DNA from: Orbicella franksi
Taxonomy: Eukaryota
Length of the DNA stretch: 64,000 nucleotides
NCBI GenBank assembly: GCA_964199315.1
Contig: OZ116699.1
Coordinates: 26,102,001-26,166,000 of the forward strand
Direction of reading: 5' to 3'
Position numbers and translations under genes: made by a program. A model generated the notes under the pieces. It made no database searches. It had not been told where the DNA came from and saw only the letters and a list, made by a program, of their open reading frames with translations. Positions 48,275 to 60,019 of this stretch are shown piece by piece (positions within the stretch are counted from its first letter, which is position 1; each line of letters begins with the position of its first letter).

Positions 48275-50800
48275 GCTCATTTTCGGGAGCAAAAGCCACT
48301 AGCCCGTATAAGACTTTGAAATAAAGATACTCTTTTCGCAAACAGTGTGTTCTGTATCTTGTTTGTTTCTTTTATCAATAGCTAACTCTTAAGACAAAGA
48401 TATTTTAAGGCCCTTTCTCGGCTAACTTGTTCGTAAATTGCCGTACGTTTAGTTCGCAAAGGTTGGCAAACTTTCGCTTGACCACTTTCGGGGACGTGTT
48501 CGTATAAATCTTACCTTGCCAATCAGCATTGCACCTTCAGAGCTCATTTTCTGGAGCAAACTCTACTGTTGTAACATGGACTTTAAAGAATAAAATCGCT
48601 TTTGATCAAGGAGTGTGTTCTGTCCTTATTTTGTGTGTTTTTTCGTTTCGGTCTGAGTAAATCAGTATTGCGCTGTCAGAGCTCATTTTCGGGAGCAAAC
48701 TCCATTGTGGTAGCACAGACTTTAAACAATGAAATCACTTTTGAACAAGGAGTGTGTTCTGTACTTATTTTATGTGTTTTTTCTTTTCGGTCTGAGTAAA
48801 TCAGTGTTGTACTGTCAGAGCTCATTTTCGGGAGCAAACTCCATTCTTGTAACGCAGACGTTAAAGAATAAAATCACTTTTGAACAGTGTGTTTTGTCCT
48901 TAATTTGTGTGTTTCCGTTTTGGTCTGAATAAATAACTACATTGTAATTTGCTAACTCTAACACATTTCTACAGGCTCACAGCCTCAAAATTATATTTTC
49001 CCATGTACATCCTCTTCGAAAACTTTCCTATGAGTTATGCCCGTTCTGCAAAATTGCGCCCGTCCACTTTCGGGAACGTCTTCATTTAAATTATATCTGT
49101 GGCAATGGACTCTGTCAGAGCTCATTTTCGGGAGCAGTAGGGACTGATACAGTTACACAACACAGACTGTGCGATTAAAATTCATATTTGAACAAACGAT
49201 GTGTTATGTCTTTATTTGTGTTTCTATGAACTATGCGAAGCCTATGTATCTTTTTTTCTGGACCAGTTTGACGCTCACTACAACAGCGAACAGTTTTTCT
49301 GTGTTTTTGTTTCAGATTTGTTTCCTTTATCTCAACAAATAGCTAATTCCGTTTTTTGGATATTTTTTTCGTAAATTACTATACAGTTCTGTGGAAGGTT
49401 GGCAGACTATTGCTTGTCCAGCTTTCGGGGACCTTTTCGTTAAAATTTTACCCGTGACCAATTCGCACCGTACTGTCGGAGCTCCCGCTTTAATTTTCGG
49501 GAGCAAAATCTATTGTTGTACCACAGACTTTAAAGAATAAAATCACTTTTGAACAAATAGTGTGTTCTGTCCTTATTTTGTGCTTCTTTTTGGTCCGAAT
49601 AAGTAACTACATTGTAATTTAACTCCAAAAAATGCACATTTTTACAGAGCTGCAGACTCGCCGCCTCGCATATTTATTTTTTCCCGTCTAAGCTACGTTG
49701 CTTGTTCTTCTAAAACCTTTTCTACGAGTTATGCCTTGGTTGCAAACTTTCGCCCGTCCATTTTCGGGAGGTCTTCATTTAATCATATCCACGGCTATAG
49801 AACTGTGTCAGAGCTCATTTTCAGGAGCAGCAGAGACTGACAATTGAATGCATAACACAAACCACGGAAATAAAATTCACTTTCGAACAAATGGTGTGTT
49901 GTGTCTTTGTTTGTTTGTGTTTCTTGAGTCTCGATAAAGAACTAGGCCGAGTGTATGTTGATTTCCTCTGGATTTGACGCTTTCAACGACACAAAGTTGT
50001 TTATGGCCCTGTCTCTTGTAAGATGTTCTTCGGAAAATGTACGTTCCATATAATTTTGAGAGGGCCAAAGAATTATGTTAAGTTTGCAAAACTTTAGCTT
50101 CAGTGCAATCACTTGTCCATTTTCGGGGACGTCTTAGTTCAAATTTTATCTGCAGTTGTTGAACTCTGTTGGACTGAGCTCATTTTCGGGAGCGGAATCG
50201 ACTTGTATAACGCAAGTGTAGACTTTGAGAGCAAAAATCATCTTTGTGAAAATGGTGTGCTCTGTTCTTATTTAGTGTGTTTGTTTCAAGTTCTGAATGA
50301 AGGACTGCAACGCATACAGCTAACTGGCCGTAACTGATTGTACAGCATTTCTCCGAATATTTCAGTATATATGTAATTAGTGACGCACTCAATTTGAGAA
50401 TAAAGTTTGAGAATATTATACAAAAAGCTTGCTTTGTCATATTTTGTGTCATTTTGGTAAGAATACAATAAAAGAAACTAAATACAATTCTACAGCCTTT
50501 TATTTTCAGAGATTTCTACACAACCAGAGCGCAATTTCATTTTTACTATCGGTATTGTGAGGTAACTAAGTACTGCAAAATATTCTTTAATATTTCAGTT
50601 TGAGGACTTAACCGAGCGTCCATTTTCGGGGACGCAGCAAGCACGTTCAGTTGTATCCGAAGAGAAATTTCGAATTATCAGAACGTGACGAGAACTTTTT
50701 TCAAGTTTGCAAGAAAGTCAGAAAATGAATTGTCACTTTCGGGGTTGACTTGAACGAGTTAGCTTGTCCTGTTATTCTGAATGCGCCACTTTCGGCGGCG
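48275..50800. repeat. Hierarchical tandem array of about 16 mini-hairpin motifs (loop AYTTTCGG)
   Basis: GCTC-ATTTTCGG-GAGC type at 48275, 48542, 48681, 48820, 49120, 49481 (variant), 49813, 50178. GTCC-AYTTTCGG-GGAC type at 48480, 49062, 49416, 49756, 50115, 50617, plus variants at 50732 and 50784. Periods of 139 bp and about 695 bp are visible. Confidence 0.9.
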
Positions 50801-50809
50801 TAAAAAAGA

Positions 50810-53800
50810 TGAGACGAAGGAGCAAGCGAGTTTTGGTTGCTGACGAACGTAAACGGACAAGGGATGAAGTTGACAGTCATCACCAGAAGCATTTCTCCAG
50901 ATTTGAATTAAAAGAGCTCGTGCTGTTAAAATCGGATGTAAGTTACTACATGTCGTAAATGGTGATCTCATTTTTTTTTTTTTTTTTTTTTTGCTTGAGC
51001 TACAGGTAGAGACACAACGAGTAACCATCTGCAAACCATCCTGCACTACACCACCATGTTTTTTAACGGAGTGAATTTTATCGCAAAGGTAAGTGGGCAA
51101 GTATTACTCTTTAGTTTCAACAGTTGAACGCGCTTGATATTTGTTTTTGTTCAAATATTTGGCAATTTTACTTAGCTAGTCTTTTTCATGAACTTACTAA
51201 TTATAACCATGCGTACAATGCCAGACAGCTGGGGGAATAAACACATGATCTAAGTGATAGAAAACATCGAGGCAAGTGAAAGTGATCGACGTGAGCAATA
51301 TTTTCATAATTGATAGTTCATGTCGTAGTCCAGTCTTTGTAGGTTTTGCTTCCTTTTGATGCTGCCCCAATGATGATGGGAAGGAGACTGACAACAACTT
51401 CCAGATCGTAAGCAGGTTTAAAAGATGGATCTTTCTCCAGTGATGCTTAATTTGTGAGTATTACAAGGAATTTTCGTCGACCACTATTCTGTACAGAGGG
51501 AGTAGAGAATTATTGCACACCTTGACTTACCAGGTGAGAAGAGTAAAGAAATCCTGAATGAATTAACTATGAACAAGATATTATTTCTATTGATGTGCTA
51601 CCAATTAAATTCTCTGCAGAAAAAATCGATTAAAGAAAATAATAAGATCAAATGAACAGCAACGAGCACATTGTCCCTAAAGGAAGCTAATTGTAAAGCA
51701 GACGGTTTACAAGATTAAAAAAAGGTCTTGCAAATTTGAGAATATTGTCTTGATGGTCCACCAAGGTCTTAAATCTAATATTGATTGTACGAGTCTGGCT
51801 AAGGAGAATTGATTGGTTCGTTTTCAGAGGTAACAGAGTGAAATCTGGCTGTGTTTTTTGTCAATGTACTTCGCTCAAACTTTACTGTTACAACTGCTCA
51901 GGAAATAGCCTTTAAAAATGTCTCGTCAAGAAAAGATTACACCAAATTGTACTGCTGATTGATGCAAGTCGGTGTGCCTTTCAGATATCCCTTATAACTC
52001 CTAGTGCTATTTTTGTGATATTTACTGATGGTTCTATAAAGTTTTTTTCACACTTCGGCTGCTATTAGATGACTGAACTACCACCCTTGAACTGGTTGAA
52101 AACCATGTCAATGGCTATGTTCCCAGAAAGACCAGTCATCTTGCCATTGCGGTGCATAGAGAACTCTCGGACAGTCTGCTGTTTAGCCAGTGACATTCCC
52201 ACTCTTCTGATGGTGAAGAGTACAACAAAAGCAAAATCAGTCACCTGGAAGTTGAAGTTACAGCACTGTTAGAGATATTTAGACTGAGAGGATCGGACGG
52301 GGGAGCTCTCTGGCTACTTAGACAAGCAGACCTGCTGTGTGCATAGACATTCACCCTTGCACTGGACAGAAACTCATCATGCAAACAGTATCCTTTAAGG
52401 TGTTGTTAAATTTACTGGAAATATATCAGGGTGAAGTCGCAACTTTGCTTATACGGAATCTCACTGACATAAAATTTTTTATGGGCCTTAAAGCCATCAC
52501 GTATCTTCAACGGAAGACTCTGAAGAGCTGGTACGGGGGCCTTGTAGCTTTTGAAAAAGAATCAACAGAGCCAGATCTCCTTAATCAGTCTTATAAGATA
52601 TTCAGATGACTCCCTTTTCAAAAAAACTACTTTTATCTTCAGCATATGCGAATTCATGAACAGAAATGTAAGGCCAAAATATTGAAGTTATAATATGTCT
52701 CGTCTTATTGAAGCAATATATGCCGTATGCTTGCCAAGAAAAGTCCTGACTTGAATAGTTGGGTATACGTGCTGCATATCATATTTTTCAGCTTAGCGTA
52801 ACCAGCATAATTCCAGCTACAAGTCCAGTCCAGTCTACAGACTGCTCCACCTGGATGAGCTGATCACTGCTTTAACATTCAACAGAGCAACTGGTAATCT
52901 GCAATCTTAACCCTGTTTAGCCTATTAGTGAGCCTGAGGGCCAGTGAGGGGTGGTGGGCAACTGAAGACCCGATCTTTCTATGTATTTCTCGTAAAGTTT
53001 TGACTCAGTGGTTGCCAAACTTCCGTGGCATGTAAGGCATCCACGCTAGATTACTGAAGTGATAGCCACATGACGTTGCATCACACAAGTGATAGTCAAA
53101 GAACTTCACATTACGCATACATGACGTAACAATCTTGGATTTCAGAGATATCAGAATAGCTCCAGAATTAATTTCAAAAAATCAGGAAAAAATGAAACTA
53201 CAAAAACTGTAAAGATTTAGAATAAAGTCTCTACAAAATCAAAATTCTCAATAATTTAGATATTACAATGACATAATTACAAACACCCTCTGAAAACATG
53301 GTTGCCATAGAAACGTCCTAAACATTTTGGCCCTAATAAATTTTAAGAAAAGTTTCAATGTTTGACCACTATAGCTTGGATCTTTCTACATGTAAGTTGC
53401 AAAAGTTTGAAATCAGTGTGAGCACCTTGTACTCTTTCTCTCTCTCTCTCCAGGCTTAATAGGGTTACAAGACGTCCACATTGGCTGGCAGAGTACCAAT
53501 TCCTGATGAGGCGAATCAATTCTACAACGGTACTCCTTGCTGAGTTTTGGCACCGAGGATCGTCTTCTCCGCTACCAAACAGACCATCTGCTGCCAGGGA
53601 AATCGTCATCTCAAAACTGACTCCTCTTAGTAAAGACACGGGTGAGTTTGGAGTTGTATATATTTCCTTCATGTACTATTTGTATGGAGGCGCGGTGACC
53701 TTATGGTTAGTGCGTTCGACTCCGGTCGAGCGGTCCGGGTTCGAGCCCTGGCCGGGGACATTGTGTTGTGTTCTTGGAGAAGACACTTTACTCTCACAGT

Positions 53801-54325
53801 GACTCTCTTCAGCCAGGTGTTTAAATGGGTATCAGCGAATTTAATGCTGGATGAACTAGCATCCCATCCAGGAGAAGGGGGGGAGAGTAGAATTACTCCT
53901 AATCGCTTCATGCTACAGAAACCGGGATAAGCTCCGGCCTGATGGGCCACTTGACTCGTATGCAGCCTTTACCTTACCTTTTACCTTCCTATTTCTCTTG
54001 TCAAGAATTATTAAGCAAAATTATTTCTACCTCTCACCCTTTGTTTTCAGCTGATACAGCGGCGCTCCCAATTATCAATGCCCTGTTAAAAACAGTTATT
54101 CTACCTACGTCTGGTCAGAAATTTAACGTACTACCATCTGAGAGCAGCTATAAAGAGAAACAGATCTGCCACGGACCTATGAGCCTACACCTATGTTCCC
54201 CAGATGGGGATCGAACTATCCAACGCAAACGGAATTTAACTATGAACAATTGGTGTTCTTTCAATGGACAAAGCATGCGCTATGATGTTTTTAATTACGA
54301 TCGACCATGCGAGGCGTTTTCATGA
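50810..54325 (+). pseudogene. Possible decayed spliced transcription unit
   Basis: Exon-like AG..GT segments at about 50810-50936, 51006-51088, 53454-53641 and 54050 onward, plus a stop-interrupted frame at about 52060-52609. No intact protein can be assembled. Confidence 0.3.
53686..53987 (+). mobile_element. tRNA-derived SINE
   Basis: Head GGAGGCGCGGTGACCTTATGGTTAGTGCG..GGTTCGAGCCCTGG (A/B boxes), conserved body, and (TTTACC)-like tail. Confidence 0.9.
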
Positions 54326-55045
54326 TGATGTCACGACAGCCATGTTAGTGTTCTCATACAAAGACGTTTCTATATATTGTAATTAATTATTCTGATTAGT
54401 CAAAAACCCGTGTTTTATCAGATTATAAAACACTGAAAAAGCGTGTTAAATAAATGAGATCTGATAGCAATATAAGGCATAAGTTTTCTGCACTTTAAAG
54501 ATATCAGTATGAACCCATATAAACGCTTTATTGGTTCAGCAGACAATTGTTTGTGTTTGTAGAATAAGGGATGGCAAAGGGTCAAAGTCGAACTCTTAGA
54601 ATTTGCAAACGCATCAGACAATATCGTCTAGTTCAGATTTTGACTCGTTAGTTGACATTTTGTTTAAGATCGAGATGTGTTAGGGTGAAATGATCTTCTG
54701 ATCACTATAGTTAGAGTCAGGTTCTAGCCCGCACCATTTGCTACCTTTACATTTCGTGTAAGGTAATATTTAAAGAATCCACAGTAGAGAGCGGTTTTCC
54801 TTAATTAATTGGGACTAATCGTCGATACTACTCATTAGATTAGGTTAACCGGGTTAAGAAAACTCCTCCTACAACGATTGTAGTAAAGTCTACTCGATAG
54901 ATATGAGAAATTTATACCATTATTATTACTATATTACATATTACTCGGTAGCTATGAACGAATTTAAAATACAGCGCTTGTCAATAACCAGATGCAGACA
55001 CACAACTGAACATAAATCGTCATTAAAAATTAAAGCTTGAAAAAT

Positions 55046-55059
55046 TAATAATAATAAAG

Positions 55060-55094
<35 letters not shown>

Positions 55095-55106
55095 AATAAT
55101 AATAAT
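55046..55106. repeat. (AAT)n microsatellite
   Basis: Seen directly in the sequence. Confidence 0.9.
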
Positions 55107-55304
55107 GGCACTTTTATAGCGCATATTAACATGGGGATATGATCACATGGGGTTTACAAAATCATTTTTTAAACTATTGACAAAATAAGAAAATGAAAAT
55201 GAAAACTTGATGATGAGATATGACACGCATCTAAAGACAACTAGGATGAAATAGGGCCATAAGGTATAATTATAACATGAACTATGCATGTGGTGTTCGT
55301 GAGC

Positions 55305-55620
55305 AGTGGTGGTGATGGCGGCGGCGGCGATGGTGGTGGTGTTGGTGGTTGCGGTGAGGGCGGTGGTTGGTGGTGTTTGTGGGTGGGGCGGAGGCGGTGT
55401 TGGTGTTGGTGGTAGCGGTGGTGAGCGTTGGTGGTGGTGGTGTTTGTGGGTGGGGCGGAGGCGGTGTTGGTGTTGGTGGTAGCGGTGGTGAGCGTTGGTG
55501 GTGGTGGTGTTTGCGGGTGGGGCGGAGGCGGTGTTGGTGTTGGTGGTAGCGGTGGTGAGCGTTGGTGGTGGTGGTGTTTGTGGGTGGTGGCGGTGTTGCT
55601 GGTAACGTTGTGTGGTGGTA
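55305..55620. repeat. GGT-rich 67-bp minisatellite, about 3.5 copies
   Basis: GGGTGGGGCGGAGG recurs at 55381, 55448 and 55515. Confidence 0.95.
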
Positions 55621-57589
55621 GTCTTGCAAAGACGTGATACAATAAGACGTTTCTTTGATAGAAACTAAAACGAATGACGTTTCCGTCCCTCTGAGGTCGG
55701 AGGAGCCCAGGCATCGTTCGCTTATATAGTTTTAATCGTGAAAGACCCGCTGGTAATAAAAGTAAACAAAATAGAATAAAGACTTCTTGAAATAAAAACA
55801 ACAACATGCACACAAAGTTTAGTGAAACACGCAAATGTTGTATAGAGTAAAATGACGAATAAAAAGGGTAGTACGGTAAGTATCGTATTCATGTGGTATG
55901 AGTCCTGAATATATGAAGAATATTTTTAACCGTAAAGAAGACAAGCAAATCAGTAGCCGAATTCAATAGAAACGATAATAGAAACGATCACTCAAGTACT
56001 GTCAGAAGGACGCCAGGGTGTCGAACTATTCCGAAAGATCTCGAACTGAATCACGTCCGAGGATTAGAAAATATCAGACCAGCAATAAAACTTTCTGATT
56101 AGCTTCATGTAGTTCAGTGGTGTAATTATTACTAGGCATATTTGTAGGACATTAAAAGAATTTAAATTGAACACTTTGTCTTGTCTGTTTCTTATATCGT
56201 AAAATCCTGTTCCGAGCTTGCCCAACTATTGGGGAACGTGGTTTGGGGTCTTTTGATAAGGCCACAAAGTGCTTTGTGAGAACATACGCTTATGATTTAC
56301 AACGAAGCATTCACTGATTCTCAAAGTGAAATAGTCAGCTGACTATAACAACGAAGTGCTTTATGGCTAAAGATGAATGCGATTGTAATTATTCAATATA
56401 ATGACACAAAGCGCTTTGTGATCTTTAGGCCGCATATTACAAGTCTACCGATAGTTCATCGCTTCATATAAGCTTTTTCGTATATTTTCAATGGGGACTG
56501 AGCATTAAGGATAGGCTTGATTTCTCTCTTGTTCTCAGAGTTATTTTGCTTAAAGTGTCTATACGGTCGGCAGGGTTTTTTGTGGTTTTGGTATCTCTAT
56601 AATGTGTAAAAAGGTATTCTAAGAAAAAAAATTGGATTCCGACATTTTAACGCCCAAAGATCTAACTAACTTTCAAGTTCCCGCTTCAGCCACGCCCAAT
56701 GAAGTTGACCGTGAGTCAGTGCAAAGAAAGAGTCTGGGTTTCTGAATGGGTCGTGACGTCAAGTAAGGAATTGTCAAATCCTCCTAGTTCAGGTCACTGT
56801 TGTTGTTAAGAGTTTTCGTCGACAAAAAGCAAACAAACCGAAGTTGGGTAAAACAATGCGGTCGTCAATCAAGCAAAATAAAAACATGAGGCTTTTAGAT
56901 GTTCCTGAAGTGACGTTATTCGTCAGCAATCTTTCATTACGAGGTCAACTTCATTGGGCGTGGTCGAAGCGGGAAAATTTAAAACTTGATTTCATGGCAA
57001 AATGTATGAATAAATTTTTAGATGTTATAGAGATACAAAAACCCCGTTGGCCGTATAGACACTTTAAGGATAACTTTAAATAGCTTTTCTGAAAATGGGA
57101 TCGTGGCCCATTGCAACAAGCTTCACTCCTAGCTCGGAGATGCCACTTTGTTTGTCTTAAGTTTGTGGCTTTTTAACTTTAAAATAGCTCATCCTGTCAA
57201 ATTTCGAACAACAAGATAAAAGCAGGAGTCCATTGTTGCTCAAAAATATTTGTATGTGTAATCGTATGAATACTAGTGCAATTTAGAATTTACACTACTC
57301 GTGATATTTGAAAATTCTTTCAAATTGCACTCATCCAAAGGCTGGTGCAGTTTTGAGAGAATATTCAAATATCGCGAGTAGTGTAAATCCTTAATTGTTC
57401 TGGCCTTCATACGATTTCTCATTTTATTATATGACTGAGAAAACCACGAAAGCGAGCGCGTCATTTTGCACTGCAGTGGAAATCCTGGCCGAGAAACTAC
57501 CGTGTCGTTATGGGATTTATAACAGTTTATAAGCCAATGTTCTTTTATTCACGACAACTCCGGGGCTGCTTTGTCGTCGTCGTAGTTTA

Positions 57590-58054
57590 GGGACTGTGCA
57601 ATAATTACTTGGAGGGGGGGCTGGGAAATGGGTGAAATATGCCCCAAAACTAAGTCATACCCCCCTCTCATTAAGCAAAAATTAATTTTAACCCCCCCCC
57701 CTCACATAATGATAATATTAAAGCTTACCCGCCCTCCTTAAAAAAAGTCACCTCCCATACATATAGCAGAGGCATTCCTTTCCTACTGCGTGACAGATAG
57801 GAAAACAACAGTTCATAGATCAGAACACTTTAGAGTTGATAAATTTGTCACTTTTATTCTAATGTTAGTATTTAAATTTGAACTCTAATAACTCTTCCAC
57901 TACTTTTCCAGTTTGCAAAAGGAATGAAAAAGTAATGCCCCCACTGTATGTATTAAATGTTACATCCAACCCCCCCCTCTCTTGTTGTCATTTTCTCCTA
58001 TGCCCCCCTCTAATTTTCCAACCCTCCCCCTCCAGGTAATTATTGCACAGTCCC
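57590..58054. mobile_element. Harbinger-type MITE
   Basis: TTA|GGGACTGTGCAATAATTAC ... GTAATTATTGCACAGTCCC|TTA. Confidence 0.88.
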
Positions 58055-58424
58055 TTATTTTCTTCAAAGTTCTCATTATGCAACGCGGAAACAACACTGA
58101 AATAAAGAAATGGTTAAGGAAAGGCCAGGTTTCTTGGTCAAATATTGCTACCACACCCGACTCCCTCGAGTAATAAATGTGCTTGAAGACCGAACTGCAA
58201 CCAGAGTGCCTGTACCAGTCTTGATCCTTACTTTACTTACAATATGAGCTAATATGGTTGGTCCAGCGAATCACGTTACGTCTGAGAACCTGTCTACCAC
58301 AGAGGACATAAGTGAAATGGTACAGATGTCATTGATTGCTACGCGCTCACAAATCACAACTTTTCGCGCCAAAAGGCCTTTCTAAAATACGACCGCGCGG
58401 GCCTAAGTACTTTACTCTAAACAT

Positions 58425-58545
58425 TTACCGGAAGTGATTTCCTTGTTTACACCATCGAAATACAACTGATTGATCGCCATGGTAAATCGACTACATTATT
58501 CATGATCCTGGTGGCTCTCGAAGTTTATTTTGCTACATTACACAG
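58425..58545 (+). promoter_or_regulatory. Candidate promoter / first exon of the Dkk3-like gene
   Basis: ETS-type CCGGAAGT at about 58428, followed by a short hydrophobic frame (MILVALEVYFATLH) ending at CAG|GTAATA. Linkage to the Dkk exons is not demonstrated. Confidence 0.3.
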
Positions 58546-60019
58546 GTAATAGATGGATTTCGCTAACGTGTCTACATCTTTGCTGCCACCTAATTAAGGT
58601 CATGTGACCAGTCCTTTGGGATTTTACAATTGTTCTGTTTGCACATACTCCCATGTAATCAGTTGCGTGTGGCAAATTGCACAATTGTAACCTCCCAAAT
58701 GAATTATCACGTGGTCTGAATTGCGTGGCAACAAGGATGTAAACACGTTAGTCGAATCCGTCCATAAAACAGACGACGCTGGCATCCATGGATACCAGCA
58801 TCGACAAAAACTGTAAAAACCACCGACCTCACAAGGCATCTTGAAGGACTACAAATTGTTAACAGCATGAATATCGAAGGACGATCGCTAATAATTGCCA
58901 AGAGGTTTTTGGAGACCGAGCGGGTGATTATCAGGTGCTCCATTCTTTGTTCATTGGCGTTAAATAAGTCCCAGAGGCGCCATTTATATCATTATCTAAT
59001 CACAGTCATTAATAACTTATAGTTTTGTTGAGCCAAGGAGAACTGTCACCAGAAAACGATCGCTTTCTCAAGCGAAAAAATAGGAAAAAAGAATTACTAC
59101 TTATTTCCTGGGACATGAACATTTGAATCATAAGCGATATGGCTGAAAATTCTAGACTGTCAAGGCTGTATCCACTACTGTGGTTGTTTTGTTTATATTT
59201 TGCCTTCACAACGGCCAGTAAACTACAAAGACGGACACCGGCCGATGACTACAAGAGCGTTATAGTTAAAAAGGTCAGAGAAATCTAAACTTTACATTTA
59301 CTAAACAGTGGAGTTTCCTAAACTTGTAGTTGTGCCAGTGTAATTTGATGGCCTGTGCGAACATTACAAAAGAGAACATTTATGCCCTGATGCTCTTCGC
59401 TTTGTTTTGAAGTCATCTGCCATTTTGAATTTTGACCGTTAATTTGATTTGGTTTGTTTTCATTGGATCCATAACCAATGAGGTGTCAAACCCCAAAATA
59501 AGGGAATATATCAGCGATATCAGTAATTAATTTAGCGTTGTTTCTTAGTTTGACTAGTGGATACTTTGGCTTGCTAAAAGAGATTAGCTGCTCATTTTGA
59601 TATTAAATTTATTTCATGATCAGTTAACTTAATTTTATAATCATTGAACGTTGTTGTATAAATACCATCCGAGATTCGAATGAAAGCTATTTTAGCTTTG
59701 ATCGATTATACTTCAGAAAAGCATATCAACCAAACTCCAATCCACCAACTTAGAAGAAACCTTTAGTCCTCACACCTTCAAACTCTTTCACTCAAGGGAT
59801 CTGTGAGTAACTTAAGTACAAAACGTCTGGGAAGAAATGATTTAAGGGTTGTTAGGTTGTTAATCGTTATTCAATGGATAATGCATACACAGCGTTTTCA
59901 ATGCTTTGAACTGCTGGGTTCTGCAATAGTATAGAAAACTAACAGTAATATTGAAAGCGTTTCAGTCCACTCCAGCAAGAGAAAATTATAACCACCCGTG
60001 ACAAGAGCCATAGAAATTC

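Noticed and set aside
48542-48557. Histone 3' stem-loop resemblance (GGCUCUUUUCAGAGCC versus GCTCATTTTCGGGAGC)
   Set aside because: The loop is 8 nt rather than 4, the stem is 4 bp rather than 6, and there is no histone ORF upstream.
48275-50800. CRISPR array
   Set aside because: Eukaryotic context, no cas genes, spacers of 40-300 bp that are homologous to each other, and repeats shorter and more variable than CRISPR repeats.
53503-53515. Hammerhead core-like CTGATGAG..GAA
   Set aside because: No stem II between CUGAUGA and a GAAA, and no stem I/III pairing found.
55241-55834. 197-aa secreted mucin/extensin-like gene
   Set aside because: The length comes from a stop-free C/A-rich minisatellite with a non-triplet period, and the hydrophobic N-terminus looks like a translated polypyrimidine tract.
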